Assembly (NCBI GenBank): GCA_013239625.1
Contig: MU053994.1
Span: forward strand, 3,949,434-4,013,433
From: Lama guanicoe
Lineage: Eukaryota
DNA length: 64,000 bases
Direction of reading: 5' to 3'
In this document: positions 38,250-52,664 of the stretch, piece after piece
Numbering within the stretch: the first letter of the stretch is position 1
Layout: each line of letters opens with the position of its first letter
Position numbers and translations under genes: made by a program
The notes under the pieces: generated by a model
The model's input: the letters and a program-made list of their open reading frames with translations, nothing else
Told to the model about the DNA's origin: nothing
The model's database searches: none

Positions 38250-38940
38250 GCAATCTTTGAATGTAATTTAAAAAATCTACAATGAATATCGTACTAAATA
38301 GTGATGTATGTGTTCCTTTAAAATTTAGTAACAAGATGAGATTGCCTGTTTTCACTGGATTTAACATGGTATTACAGGTTGTAAGCAATGCAACAGACAA
38401 GGAAGAGTAATATGGTTTTAAGAATCAGAAGGAGGAAGTTAAATTGTTATTAGTTTCAGGCAATCGAGTTGTTGACATCGAAAATTCAAGAGACCCAACA
38501 AGCTATTAGAACAATTAAGAAATTTCAACAAGGTTAGTGATAAAAAATTTAAAAATCCACAATGTTCTAATATATCAGCAACAGCCAATTAGAAAATGTA
38601 ATTTTAAGAATCCAATTCTCAAGATCAACATACCCTTATCTATCAATAAATCTAATAAAAATATATGTAACTGAATGTAGAAAACCAGGTGGAGAACACT
38701 ACATGTTTGTGGATGTTATTTCAATAAAAAGCCCAGCAGTTTTGCAAGTGTGTGTGTGTGTTGTGATAAGATGATCTTAAAATTCAAACAGGATAGTAAA
38801 AAGTCAAGAACACCAAGACAATTTTGAAAAAAAGATAAATAAAAGCAACAGAAGAACTTGCCCTTCCAGATATAAAAATGACAAGACTATGTTAATGAAG
38901 ACAGTGTAGTGTTAATGCAGGAATGGGAAAGTAGACCATT
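38250..38940 (+). mobile_element. Old L1 ORF2 fragments
   Basis: aagctattagaacaattaagaaatttcaacaagg; acttgcccttccagatataaaa. Confidence 0.7.
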
Positions 38941-40034
38941 TATCATAGGAAACTACCAGTATTTCTGTCTGCATGTGCATGTGTGTTTGAGTGTGTGAGC
39001 GGGTGCCTTACTCTAAAATAGGATTCTTCATGTCTCAGTTTTGGTTGAAGCATAGAGGTCATTAATCCTATGCTCCAAAGACACCACCATGTGAACATTT
39101 CAAAGTCAAACTATGAGAATTTCTTATGGAGCTTTTAAGCCTTTCACTTTCATATAAGATATAGATGGCAGTAAAGATTTGAGGAGGATGGTGAAGAAAA
39201 TTTCTTTGGCAGGTGCTGGCTGTCTCACTCCTAACCCCTTTGAAGGCAGGGGGGTGGTGAAGTCTCTCCCTTCACCTCAACTCCAAGAAGAGATGTCTGT
39301 GAGAAGTTGCTATGTACTTTCTACAGTTGGTGGGATTCAGTGTACTGGCACTTGACCCCTTCCCGGAAGTCTAGAGGGTGCACAGGTTGGGGGCTTGCTT
39401 TCGTGGTGCAGCAAGTTTGTGGGCTCCTGCACTGAGATTGGCCTCAACTCCTGGAGTTTTCTGGGGCTAAGGATGTAAGAGTGGTTCTGTAACAAGATGG
39501 GACCACAGGCAGAAAAGAGAGCCAGGCTGGAGCTTCACATAACCATCACCTGGACCTTTACGTAACCACCAGCAGAGGTGAAGGGATGACAAAAGAGCAC
39601 TGGTCCATGTAAAGTGGGCACCAAAAAACCAAAAAGCAAAAACAAACAAAAAAAAAAAAACAAGGGCCAAGAGGGAACCAGCCAGTCAGAGGGAGAGGCC
39701 AGCATTCGCCTGGCTCACAGGAAGTTCACATAAATGCCTCAGGGGGAAGCCTCTGTAAAATCTAGGAGAAAAAGTCAGCTTCAAGTGTCTGCCAGACCCT
39801 AAGTGTAAAGTCATATTTCACTCTGTCTTCTCTCTTTGACTCTGTTAGAATCAGAAAAGTGGTGAGGAAGGGGATGGGGCTAGGAGGTTGAAGGCATTAG
39901 GTAGAGAGACAAAGTAGAAGGATAATGTACTGTTTCTAGAACACAGTTTTATCATCTGCAAAGGCCCCAGCAGGGTGGGATAATTTAACTTTAAATCAAG
40001 TTTTGAGTTTTGATTATTATATAGTACTGAATTG

Positions 40035-40097
40035 AATATATATATATATACATATATATATAGAGAGAGAGAGACAGAGACAGACAGACAGAGAGAG
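40035..40097 (+). repeat. Compound (TA)n-(GA)n-(GACA)n microsatellite
   Basis: Directly visible. Confidence 0.9.
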
Positions 40098-40534
40098 GCT
40101 CCTATAACACCAAATACACATTACTGAAAAACCCCTCATGGTGTAAAATCCCAAACTATGAATAATTGGCTGATAGGAAAAATATATTTGGGGCAGACCA
40201 TGCAAAACATATGTAATTTTCTAATTAGACTGCTAACAAAAGCCGTAACAATCCTAGTAAAACTACTGGCATAGTTCAATCTCCACTGATGTTTACACTC
40301 AGCCTCACAATCAGCTGATCCTTGCCTGCTCTTAGCCAGAGACTCATGCTTTCAGCTTTGAAATGTAAGATATTGGGGGCATTTAATTCTGATGAGAACA
40401 GTTTCATCAAAACTGAAAATCAGATCTAGAGTATAGACATTTTCAAATTAAGGTCCCCTCTTCCTTCCTTCCTTCCTACATAGGGAGAAATGTCTTTGCA
40501 GCTTCTTCAGATAGTTTAACATAATAGAAATTGT

Positions 40535-40875
40535 GGTGGTTTTTTGATCCACTAAACTAACCCCCAGTGTGATGATATTAGAAGGTGGGGCCTTTGGGTG
40601 GTGATTATAGGTCATAAGGGTGAAGCTCTCATGAATGAGATTAGTGCCCTTATAAAAAGGAATCCCAGAGAGCTCTTTTCCCCTCTCTTTCTGCCATGTG
40701 AAGATATATAAGTTGGCAGTCTGCAGTACGGAAGAGGGCTCTCACAAGAACCTGACCATGCTGGCTTCTTGATCTTGAACTTCCAGCGTCCAGAACTGTG
40801 AGAAATAAACTTCTGTTGTATATAAGCCACTCAATCTGTGGTAATCTGTTATAACTGCCTGAACTGACTAAGACA
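40535..40875 (+). mobile_element. MaLR solo LTR (MLT1A-like)
   Basis: ggtggggcctttgggtggtgatt..gattagtgcccttataaaa..cagaactgtgagaaataaacttctgttg..gactaagaca. Confidence 0.9.
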
Positions 40876-43167
40876 GTCTTTATATATTGCTAGGACTCTC
40901 TCTTTAAGTATAAGAAAGTCTGCCCCTGATCTTTTTCAAATCATTAGCAGGCTGGGAAAAAATCACATATGAACAAACACAAATTCCATATAATACTGAA
41001 AAGTTTCCCATATTGCTTATCATATTTAAGCTAAATCATGTTAAACAAACACAAGCTCTAATAGAGTGGTAAAATATTAAAAAATATGTAAACGACAAGA
41101 TGCTAAAATGGGATAGAGTCTCAGTTCTGACCAAAACCCCCAAACAGTAGGGGAAGTGAGGAGCTAGATCCAATAACTACCTCCAATTTATAAAAAAGTT
41201 TGAGGAAGATGAGAGTGTTGGATATTAGAAAGATCATTCTTTAGAGAACACTCTTAGGCATCGTGAGTACCCTGTAACCATGGAAAAGGGGTAGAGGCCT
41301 TGCTCATCACCTCAAGTCTTTTTTGAGAAAGCCATCAGTGAGACCACTTGCAGATTTTAGGATGTGTCCTCTGGAGTTTGGGAGATGCTATAAACTAATA
41401 CATATTACACTTCTGAGGAATCTAACATTGTAGGGCCTGGCTGAAGCATCCTGCGGTTGTGGCTGGGGAGTAAAGTGACACCTATTGATGCCTGGTCAAA
41501 GGTTTGAGTTTCTGGTGGACTAAATACGGGTGGAGAGAGTAAGTGAGCCTGAAACCACTTAAAGGGATTTTGCCCAAGAGGGCCTTTAGAGGGGTAATGG
41601 CAGAAGGTATATGTGGAGGACGAAAGCCAAGAAACAGTGGATCAAGGGTAGATTCACAGAAGGCAAGGTGGAAAAGGCATCACCCATAGCACGGACAGTT
41701 GGTGGAACATCCTTGGTGATGAGTGTAGATGAGTTTTGCAAAGAACCCACGGAGCATCCCACAAGAAGGATACAATTAAAAATTCACCCCAGCTAGAGGA
41801 AATCAACACTCACTCACAAGGCCTTTTTTGTTCCCCTTATTTCTCCTTCTTGCTCCCCAACAGTTGACTCCAGAGTAGTCAGAAACTGTGGTTAGTAAGC
41901 TGGGGAAAGAAAGGTAGATGTTCAAGGTGGTAAACTAGAGAAGAAGCAAAGCTTGTCTCTCTCAATGCAAGTTTTCCACCTGGGTAAGGGCTCATCAAAA
42001 TTAAAAATTTAGGAAAAGAAACAAAGACCAAATGGCATCTAATGGACAAGCTTTATAGAATGACTTTCTCAAGGTAAAAAATCTCAGTGTCAAATTTTGG
42101 AAGGTGCTAAGAAGTCATTTAATCAAAATTATTGAAAAGAAAGTTTCAGTAAAACCGTAAAGGATGCTCACTGGCATGTTGGTCCATCTGGGATCTTATT
42201 TCTACATTATCACTTGTTCGCCTTGGCTGATGGGTTGTCTCACTAGTCATCCCTGGCCATTTACCTGGCCCTCCATCACCTTCTCAGCTGCCAGGCCCGA
42301 GACTGTATGGTCTGTGTCTGATTTGTGTCCTATTATTCTTATGTCTTCTTGTCTCCTCTTTCTTTCTGTGCTTCTTGTGTTCTACAGATGTATATATGCA
42401 GAAACATAAAAACTGCTAACTAAACTATAAAAATTAAAAAAAAATACTCCAAATATCAGCCAAAACCCCTAACATTGTGGCTGGGATAACTATATCTAGG
42501 AAATGACGTTATGTAAAATTTTAAAGAACAAATTCGATTAGAGACACCAAACATGTACTAGCTGCTTGAAAAAAAGAAATATAGATTTCTCTACCAGTGA
42601 CCCCCAACCATAGGTAGCCACATTCATAGCAGGAGTCAAGAGGAGGCGGTGAACTGGAGGGAAAAGAAGATGGATAATAAGATAAAGAAGCTCTTGGGTC
42701 ACCAAGCCAATTTATAGAAGAGTTTCTGTTGAAGCCTCTCCTCTCCTTCTGACCTCATCTTAGCCAGTGCCTCCAACAGGGCACCTCCTTTTCTGGTGGC
42801 TGAGGCTCCTAGATCCACTGCATATTTGTTTAGTATGTATCTTGACTACACTAGGCTCCATTGATTGTGAATTTCTGGCTTTTTATAGCAGAACTGTCCG
42901 CCTGTAAAAGCAGGGTGATTGAGAGAATTGCAATCCCGTGTTTCTGAGAGATCCACAGAGATGAATCCAAGTCTTGGGTAACACTCTGTTTCTACTGAAC
43001 TATGTAATCTCCTTTTTGGGCCTGTGGTATCCAAAGGAGATCTAACCTTGTGAATTTATCAGTGACCACAAAGAAAGAAAAACACCTAGACTCCAAGATG
43101 AATAACTGGCACTTGAGTTTGACGGAGCACAAAGATTTAATAGTTTCTGAGATTAATCTCTTTCCCT

Positions 43168-43464
43168 TTCCTCACAGACATAGAAAACAAACTTGTGGTT
43201 ACTGGGATCGGGGTAGGGAGGGGCGGGTGGAGGGATAAATTGGGAGTTTGGGATTTGCAGGTACTAACTACTATATATAAAATAGATAAACAGCAAGGTC
43301 CTACTGTAGAGCACAGGGAACTATATTCAATACCTTGTAATAGCCTATAATGAAAAAGGATATGAAAAGGAATATATGCATATATATGTATGTATAACTG
43401 AATCACTATGCTGTACACCAAAAATTAACACAACATTGTAAACTGATTATACTTCAATCTTAAA
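43168..43464 (+). mobile_element. L1 3' UTR end
   Basis: Perfect 13-bp TSD AATCTCTTTCCCT at 43155-43167 and 43465-43477. Confidence 0.95.
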
Positions 43465-43719
43465 AATCTCTTTCCCTCGATTTAAATGAAAGTATTACTG
43501 GTCAGGAGTCCGTATTTCTGACACATATCAAATAATAGGGCTGGTATCAAGATTCTCATCCACTTATTTCCCCAAAGTCCAGACTTAGGTAACATGATCA
43601 CCAATCAGCTTTAGAACAAGGGACACAGTTTGCTGGGGAAGTTAAGAGTGTGATATCTTTGTGACTTCATAAGCAGTGTATCACTACAAAAGAACCACAC
43701 TCCCCGTTACACAACATGA

Positions 43720-43905
43720 GATTAGAATCTCTGCCATGATTCCTACCTGCTCTGTGACCTTGGGCAAATTTCTTAACCTCTCTGAGTTTCTACAGCAGTA
43801 CGACGGGAATAATGATTTAAACATGGTGAAGCTGTGAGAATTAAATGAAATAATGTATGTAAAGGGCCTCATAGAATGCCTGGACATGAGTGAACAAATA
43901 TTATC
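43720..43905 (+). mobile_element. MIR
   Basis: ctgtgaccttgggcaaatttcttaacctctctgag..gtgagaattaaatgaaataatgtatgtaaag. Confidence 0.85.
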
Positions 43906-43989
43906 TTGCTACCCCATTTTTGAGCCCCATATCATGCTTTTCAGGCGAGCTGACTGGGACAAGATTGGTGTCTGTTTAATTAGGAGGGG

Positions 43990-44350
43990 CACAGTTATAT
44001 TGTCATAGTGAACAAACTGAAAATCTCATTAACAACAGCAAAGGTTGATTTCCTACTTATGCTATTTTTCCACTGTACGTTGACCCTGGTTCTACTCCAT
44101 ATCATCTTTTCTCTGGGACCCAAGGGGGCAGAGCAACCTCTATCTGGAACATTGCCAGTAGTTGTGGCAGGTAGTAAGGAGAACATGGTAAGGAAACTGC
44201 TGGCCCTCAAAGCCTCTACCCAGAACTGACACTTCTGCTCATTCATTGGTCAAGAGATTTGGCCATACATAGGTTTAACAAAATGGAGACGTCTAATCCT
44301 TCCATATGAATAAGCACCACATATTGGTGAAGAAGAGCAGTTTACCACAG
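43990..44350 (-). mobile_element. Old MaLR LTR (MLT1J/K-like)
   Basis: ctctgggacccaagggggcagagcaacc..acttctgctcattcattggtcaaga..ttaccaca. Confidence 0.65.
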
Positions 44351-46161
44351 GGTTGAGCCAGCTATGTGCTTACTTCCCTGAACTCTCTAGAAAAAAAACA
44401 TAGATAGTGAGTATCCAATAATACAACATTGGTTCATATGGAAACGTTTTATATAATCTTACCTACTTACCCTTTAAGTTGCAACTCAGATGCTACTTCC
44501 ACCATAGTCTTCCTGGATTCTTCTTGCTAGAAAAATAAGTTCTTTCCACTGTGGCATTACATTTTTCTTCTAAGAGCATGTACCACACTCTGCCATGTGT
44601 TGCAATATATTATTTCACACGTATTTTCTTTCTCAGGGGTACTTACCTTCAAGGAGTTTACAATCTGCGTCTTATTCATCCTTATGGTCCTTGTGGTACC
44701 CAGTTCAGTGTCTTGTACCTAATCAATTCACATATTTGAGGGGAGATGAATTGAAGAGCTCAGAAGAGAAGTGAACAGTTTGTGTGGGTGGGGTGGAGGA
44801 AGTAGGTGGTCCCCAACAGAGAAATATCCCCCCTTGAAGTCAAATATATGTTTTCTGAAAGTCCTCAGTAGTAATCATAGGAAACTCCCTGGGGAAATTG
44901 GAATGTTGCTGAGACTCCTGAGAACCACTTTTGCAGAGTTCAGAAAAGACCAAGGCTGTCACAGAAAATTAAAGCCATTGGAGAACTATATCAGCTAGTT
45001 TATAATTAGCAATTACTGCAGAAAGGAGAAACATTTATTCCGTTCTGACAACAAAGATTACATAATTGCACCAAGAGTGTTTGTCCACACCCTTTCCAGG
45101 ATGTGTTAAGCATTTACAAACAGACACAAATAGCCTTTGCATTGGTGGGAAAAGCAAGAAAATGGGCTTTCTTAGGCTGTCCCTGATCCATGAACACTGG
45201 ACAATAACACACAATATGGTATGGTTGTCACATGGGTGGATGAACCATGTCTCCCTGTTGTGTTCTTTACCAACAATCTCTAGTCCTATGGTCAGGTCAG
45301 AAAGAACCAAGGAAGATTAATTATTTCCTGGTGACTCAAGATACTCAGGGATTCACCCTTATTTTCTTTAATTCAACTACTATTTATTGAGAATCTACCA
45401 CACGCCAGACACTGGGATAGTTTGAGTCTATTCAGTCTCTTACACAATCTAGAATCTTATTCTCAATATGTCTTTATACATATTATTCCTTCTGCCTGAA
45501 ATAGTGTCATCTCTGTCCTGAATAATCCCTGCTTATCCTGCTTTTGGTGTAGACATCCATTATTTAGGAAGAATTTCTATACCTACAAACAAAGATTTAA
45601 CTTCTCCCCATCCATGTGCTTTCAAAACAATATAGACTTCCCTCATCATAGCGCAATCAAACTGCATTGTGCTTTTCTTGTTTAATTGTCTGTAACTCCT
45701 ATTGGCCTGTACACTCTGGGAGGGCAAGGCCGGTTCTTGCTCATTGCTGTATCCTCTGCACCACTGTAATGTCTGATGAAAGTTGATTAATGTATCATTA
45801 TCTTTTTATGGCCATTATATGATTATATTATTATAATATATTACCATGTCAATGTCCTATAATGGTGCTAAATGTCTGTGTACTTTTGAGGAATTTAGCC
45901 GTTTGCAACTAACTATAATTTTTAAAGAGCTATCTTCAGAACTTCCACGGACTGCCTTGTCAGAGCAATTTGAGGAGGGTGCTCTGTTTTTCAATGAGAT
46001 GAGCAAAGCCAGGACCTGTGTTCAAGGTTTGGCTCAATAACTATCTTGGTGTGTGCTCTTGGGGAATAAATTTACCTCTCTGAACTGTTTTCCTCATATG
46101 TCAAAAAAAAAAAAGGATGTGTAATAGAGATGTCACATGCCTGATATTCTGTGGTTACCAT

Positions 46162-46693
46162 TGTGTGGTGATTTTAAACTATAACCCAAACATTCTTTGA
46201 CTAGTTTCCCATTGAGTGGTGGTGAGGGGGTGCTCTATGTTCCCTCCTCTTGAATCTGGGCTCTGTGACTGATTATTCAATAAAATGTAGTGGAAGTGAT
46301 GCTGTGCCAGTTTCTAGGCCCAGACTAAGAAATTGACAGCTTCTGCTTCCTGCTTCTTGGGACGTGTGTGCTTGAAAGCCAGTTACCATGCCACAGGGAA
46401 GCCCAAGCATCCATAAAGAGGCCCACCATGGAAAGAAACTGAATTCTCTGTTCCCCAGCCCCTGCTGAGCTCTCAACTGACAGCCAGCACCAAGCTACTA
46501 GCCATGGGAATGAGCCATTGTGAAAATGAATCCTCCAGCCTCCAGAATCCTCCAGCCTCCAGTTGAGCTGTCCAAGCTGATGCTGCATAAAGGACAAAGG
46601 CACTGTCCATGCCCAGCCCTTCTCAAAATGCAGATTCAAGAGCAACATCAATGATTGTTGTTTTAAGCCACTAGGCTTTGGAGTTTGTTACAC
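46162..46693 (+). mobile_element. MaLR solo LTR (MLT1G/H-like) containing a perfect 17-bp tandem duplication at 46528-46561
   Basis: TG...CA; ttgttgttttaagccactaggctttggagtttgttacacagcagtagataactgataca. Confidence 0.88.
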
Positions 46694-47404
46694 AGCAGTA
46701 GATAACTGATACACACCTTTTGTTACTACTTCACAGTGTCTCAGACCTTTCATCCACTGGAATATTCTGGTACATGTAAAATTAGCTCTAGACCTTTGAC
46801 AAATCAATGCTTACTCCAAAATTGTAGCGAGGACAACAGCAGTTAAGGAGAATATGCCAGTAAGTGATCACATGCTGGATGAGATGGTCACATTAACTGA
46901 TGTAGGTGACAAATGGGCCAACCATTCTCCATTGGGATGTAAGGTCTGTGACTGATGATGACTCTTTGCCAGACTTTCTAGAGATGATTACCTATTATGA
47001 GTGAGTTCCCAAACCACAGTGAAAACTTGCCCTTCATTTATTTTGTGCAAAGTGATGTTCTCAACAGTGGCACTGAGGTGTCCGTTTGCAACTGTGTCCC
47101 CTCAGTTATCTGGGGCTTGGAACCCAGACCATTTCTTTAAAAGGGAATTATGCCATGTATGAAATAAGATTTTTATACCTCATATAAATAAACCCCTAGT
47201 TACCCTTACAGTAGCTAAGTAGTTCATCGTCAGTGGGCTAGGGAAATGAGGATTGATGGTGATGTCTTTGTGCTGCCACTGTCGTTTCTGAGACTGCTGG
47301 CTTCTGGACTAGGTACCAGGATTGAACTTCTGGGATGATCCCCCTTCTATATGAGGGCATTGGCCTTTCTTCCTGAGGGCATACTGGTTATGAGCAACAA
47401 CCAC

Positions 47405-47650
47405 AGAGCCAAATAACCTGGATAAAAACCCAACTTACTAGCTGCATGACATTAGACAAATTACTAGACCTTTCTGTGCCTCAATTTCTTCATCATGGTG
47501 ACAACAGTCAGGACTATCATGGGGTTAAGCTTTTAAGGTGAGATGAGTTAATATGTGTAAAAGACTTAGAACAACACGTGCGGCATAGAAAGCACTTTAT
47601 GAGTGTTGGCTATTACTATTACTGTTATTAGTGCTATTAGTTGCTGTTAT
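47405..47650 (+). mobile_element. MIR
   Basis: acttactagctgcatgacattagacaaattact..gtgcctcaatttcttcatc. Confidence 0.8.
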
Positions 47651-48018
47651 TTTTCTTTCATTCTTACCTTGCAGCTGAGAACCCTGCCTAGAATTAAATC
47701 ATTTGTGTGTGGACACCAAGCAAAGCCTGCCAAACCCAGGAGGCCATTTATTAATTGTAGAAGTCCCGAGAATACCATTAGAATAGGGAGCACGTTCTGG
47801 CATCCTTTTTCCTCTGTTATTTCTGGGACTTTGACCACCACAGCGTTCGTTCCTCCTCCTGGTTCTGCCTCCTCTCAGGAAGCACCCACATGCCACTTCC
47901 ACCAGCCGCTTTTCACACCATCATTTGATTGACAGAGTTGAGATAAGATTTGGGTTTTGAGGCCAAGCGGTGGCTGGTTGGTTTGTTTATTTTCCCTAAC
48001 GGTCAGGGTTAAGTCTCC

Positions 48019-48450
48019 ACCTTAGGCTGAGTTCCCTGGAAACTGACCGTGCAGCAGCATCGTGTGCGAAGGTTTATCAGGCAGTGCTCTAGGGAGGTAT
48101 CTCCATGAGGAAGTGAGGGAGGCAGGACTGGACACGGGCGGAAGCTGACCCTCAGTGGGGTTGCCACAGAGGCCTCAGCTGATCAAGCAGGGAGTGCTGG
48201 TGCTGGGCAGGCCCTCCAGAGCCATCCCAAATTGAGGATGAGGAGGCCAGGCCTCTGAATCTCTGAATCAGACACCGAGGCTGAACTCCCTGGAGGAGGC
48301 ATAAACTTGGGCCAGGCTGCTTTCTGGAGCCAAGGGCACTTCAAGCTACGGGGCGCAGCTGTGTCTGCAGCTGATAGACCCAGCAGGCAGGGATGGGAGC
48401 ACCAGCCCTGACAGGAGGACCTGGATTGAGCATCCACTATCCACTAAAGT
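48019..48450 (-). mobile_element. Old ERVL solo LTR (LTR33/LTR16 group)
   Basis: cttaggctgagttccctggaaactgacc start typical of antisense ERVL LTRs. Family uncertain. Confidence 0.6.
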
Positions 48451-48789
48451 ACAGACAGTGTGTTTCAAGAATGATATATTTCAGATGAAAAGCACTTCAG
48501 TGTCTACTAATAAGAAGCAAATGACTCAGGCAAATTACTTAATTTCTCTGAGCCTCATTTTCTCCTGATGAGATCGTTTATCGGGGCTAACAGAGCTCTA
48601 CTACTGTGTCTTTCCCATAGGAGATGATCAATTCCAGTTCCTGTCCCACCTTGCTCAATTCTGTGAGATCAAAAATCTGAGGTCCTGAAATTCTAGCCCC
48701 TGTGTTTTCAAATGACTCTGGAGCCTACACTTCTGCTTTTATTCAGGGTTAGCTCTCAGGGTGGGAAATGAATGTCACTTAAACACTTA

Positions 48790-48960
48790 CAGTGGGCCAG
48801 GCTCTTTCCCATTCATTTATCCTTCATCACCACACTGAGGGGCAGGCGTGAGCATCCTCACTTCACGCAGGAGGAAAGTAAAGCTCAGAGAGGCGAAGTG
48901 ACTTGCCCAGGATACATGGCTAAGAGGGAGCAGAGACAGGCTTTACACACTGCTTCATGT
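48790..48960 (-). mobile_element. MIR
   Basis: gaggaaagtaaagctcagagaggcgaagtgacttgcccagg. Confidence 0.8.
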
Positions 48961-50599
48961 ACCGCTGCCCCAGCCGTGGGATGAGTGCCCTTTAAAGCAC
49001 AGGCTTCTAGAATGTAGCTGGGAAAAGGAAATTAAAATTTTAAGGAGGATGAATATTTTAAAAATATTGATATAATTTTCTATTCTGCCTTCCTGAGCAT
49101 GTAAAGTTGCCCTCTTTGGCCCTAGATACTCAACTGCCTAGAAATTTTTTGAGGTCGTGTGTGTATGTGTGTGCATGCATGTGCACTAGTGATAAGAAGT
49201 GCTAAAGAAGAAATACAGAAAAGCATGATGATGTTCACAAAATATAACTGAGTAGCAGGACAACAGCCTTGTAAGTTCAGCTATGGTCTTCAGAAAGAAT
49301 TGCTCAATTTTTAAAGCAGACATCTCTCTCATTCCTCTCTTGAAACTTAGCATGTCCAACCTCAGGGATCCAGAATAGAACAGAAACACACTGAGTCCAC
49401 ACAGTAAAACCATGAATCTTGCTGCTTCCACGCTAGAAGAATATGACCCAGGGCAAGTAAGAGACAGCTGAGCCTCTCTCCTCCCAGAGGAAAGTGGGAA
49501 AGAGAAAGAGAGAGAAAGAAAATGGAGAACAAACCAAGCCCTTGTGGGTCCCTGATTCTTTTCCCTCTAGGCTTCAGTGAGGAGAAAGGGAGGAGGTGGT
49601 GATTTAGAGAGAAATTTGAGTAACATCAAGAATGAACCAGGCACAACATGACCAGACAGAGGAAGACCTGGGTTTAACTTTGGCACTTCCAGCTCTCAAT
49701 TCCCATGTACCATGGACTCAGAGTGGAGGACTCATTGACTTTTCATGACAACCCCCTGTGGCAGGATGAGGGACCCTTCAGCTGAGTCTTGACACCCAGC
49801 TGGGCCAGCAGATGGGGTGGAGCACTTGGCAGGGACTCAAAGATTTGTCAGTAACCAGTGAGGGTTGACGTGAGGCCAAGTCACCACTGAGCCTTAAACA
49901 AACCGAGAGGGTTAGTAGCCTCGGGTTCTAGCCCCCACAACCCTTGGTGGCTAGTGCAGTCAGGGCAGGATGTACTTTCAAAAGGGGAACTGATGTGTTC
50001 CCCTTGTTGCCTTGGAAGCAAAGTTCATTGTGCCTGAGGACCTCAAGCCTTTCCTGTCATCACAAGGATACAGAAGGCCCTTTCCCCCACTGAACCATAA
50101 TGGGTTATTTATTCTCCTCCTACCTCCCAACACGAGATCCATTTCCATCCTTTTCCATCTTGCTCTGCCAACCAGGAGGCTGACTTTCATAGGCTGATTC
50201 AAATGGGCTCCCTTGCCTTGTGCTTTCTGGGCACCTTTCACCAATGGAAGGCACCATCCACCAATAGAAGGCACCATCAAAGGCCAGAGTCTGGGTGGAA
50301 AGAGAGAGTGGGATTATTTTCCTTCCACTCCCTCCCTATCTGGCATTGGCTTCTAAGTGACCGCTTTCCCCTGCTCAAGGGTGGACAGGAGCCCTCTCCC
50401 ATGTTGATAGGTCTCATCGGGCTCTAGAACCTCTCTCCCTGCTTTTACCCTGTAGACTTATGGGTGGCAGCGCCCTCCTGCCTCTATGGATCTTGGGTGC
50501 TTCCCCATCCCTCCTTGGCTCCTCTTGATCCTATCAACACCTTTGACGGTAGTCTCTTAACACCACCCCCTCCCCCTTTGCTTGTGGTCTGCTGTTGGG

Positions 50600-50720
50600 T
50601 AGAATGACTTTGTGTCCTGGTTTGCCCCCTAGACAGTCCCAATCGATTCTAATTATCCCAGTGGAATGGTTGCAGCATTCTCCTTTCACCCTTAAAAGAT
50701 CCTGTCTGGATAGTGTCCTA
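50600..50720 (+). mobile_element. MER94-like hAT-Blackjack element
   Basis: tcctggtttgcccctagacagtccc..cctttcacccttaaaag. Confidence 0.6.
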
Positions 50721-51650
50721 CTCCTGGCCAGGACCTTGGCCACTGCACCATCTTAGGGAGGATGGTGGCAGGGGGTGGAGGGGGCGCTAGTGAATAGGTT
50801 TCCATTGGAACCAGATTGGGCCCTTAACTAATTGGCTCTCCTGATCACTCACAGGAGGGCATCTGATTAGTTATAGACACCATCAGAGATGCTCAATTTT
50901 CTCTACACTTCCAGGTTGTGGTATGAATGATTTTTCAAGTCCTGTTGCTCAATTGTTACTCTTGGGGGACAGGACTCTCTACCTTATGTATCTTTGCCAA
51001 CTCCACTCTACCTAAGTGCCCTGCCTGGCCTGCAGTCCGTTAACACTGTCTGAATGAACAATAAGGGAACTGTGTCACTCTGTTCAATCAATGTGACAAC
51101 TCATTCACACACGGAGGTAACCGTGACACCAGGGCTCAGAGGAGCTGCGTACACTTCACAGAGGAAGCTGCTATTCAAGGGAAGGGAATTGGCAGAGTGG
51201 TTGTGTGTATGTGTGTATGTGTGTGTGCCCGCGTGCACATGTATGTTTGTAGGTGTGGGCATGAGATTACCATCTAAATGTGAGCTCACAGGAAAGAGTC
51301 ATTTTTGTTGTTAGGATGAGCATGAAATTTATAGGAGCAGGGCACATTTTATATTTTAAAATTCTCTTGCTTCACCCCTTCTCACTGCACACTGCGGAAG
51401 CCACAGGGCAGGCCACTGCGTTGCCTGGGTTGATGTGGTATCTCTCAGTTCTGTTTGATTTAGCAGGCATTCTCTGAGCACACCCTGTGTGCCAGGTCTT
51501 AAGCTAACAGTTTTCATCTTTTTTTTTCTTTTGTGGCAGGTTTAGTTAGCATGTTTGGAGGTTCATACATGTTGTAGCATATATCAATACCTCATTCCCT
51601 TTTTTGGGGTGGTGTTTCACTTAACAGATTTTGGAGCTTTATTGTCCTCA

Positions 51651-51856
51651 TTTTTTTTAAAAATTGAAGTACAGTTGATTTACAATGTTGTGTTAGTTTC
51701 AGGTATACAGCAAAGTGATTCAGTCATAAATATATATGTATATTCTTTTCAGATTCTTTCCCATTATAGGTTATTACAAGATACCGAATGTGGTTCCCTG
51801 TGCTGTACAGTAGGTCCTTGTTATTTATCTATTTTATATACAGTAGTGTGTATCTC
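51651..51856 (-). mobile_element. L1 3' UTR end
   Basis: aattgaagtacagttgatttacaatgttgtgttagtttcaggtatacagc. No clear TSD. Confidence 0.92.
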
Positions 51857-52664
51857 ACAGGTGTCTACTTGGAGGTTGACTTGCGGATATGGTGGCTCCA
51901 GCCCTGAGCATCCCTGGGCCCAGGCAGTCTCCTTGCATCTCAAGCTAGAATTCACTGCCACTACCTCCTGCCTGACCTTATTCTCTCTTTACATGAATAA
52001 ATAAAGGACCTCAGTAGAACTCTAGTTTGTTCCTATGGAAAAGCTGGGGCCCGTTGTGTTCAGTAACTCCACCACTGCCTATGGCAACATCTCAGAAACT
52101 CAGCCTGCCAAGAGCAGCCTTATTCCTTTCTAGGGGGCTTTGCCCTTTCTCTCAGGCAGTGGTGTTCATCAATGAGGCAGGGGTAGTGACCAGAGGCAGG
52201 TGCTGTGACAGGAAGCCTCCCGTGTACTCAGCACAGGTCTGCTCCCGGGAAGAGCCCTGAGGCGAGCCTGGGTGATGCCAGGATTGCAGCCCTGAAAACA
52301 ATACTCACCTTGCACTTTTCGGGAGTGGCTCTCTGAGTGCCCTTTCATTCTGACTGCTGCTCTTCTGGACTCATTCTCCGTGCCATCTGTGGGTTACCCT
52401 CATGCTAAACAGCCTCTACCCTCAGATCTGGATTCCCTTTGTGGCCACCGTTTTGCTGCATCAGCTTGTGCTGACCTTCCCTGCTCTGCGCCCTGTCCCT
52501 GGCACCTGTGGGCTCCTTTTGACCTTTTCTCTGGCCATTGCCACAAGCAGCCCTAAAATACCTGACAGACCCCCTGAGGTCTGACTCTAGCCCCCTGTGG
52601 CCAGCCCCATTTGCTTCCTACACCCTGAAAGGACAGTGGGTTTTCCAACTAAAGAGCTACGTCA

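Noticed and set aside
50770..50792. CTCF site (AGGGGGCGCTAGTG)
   Set aside because: Only the 3' half matches. The conserved CC positions of the core are missing.
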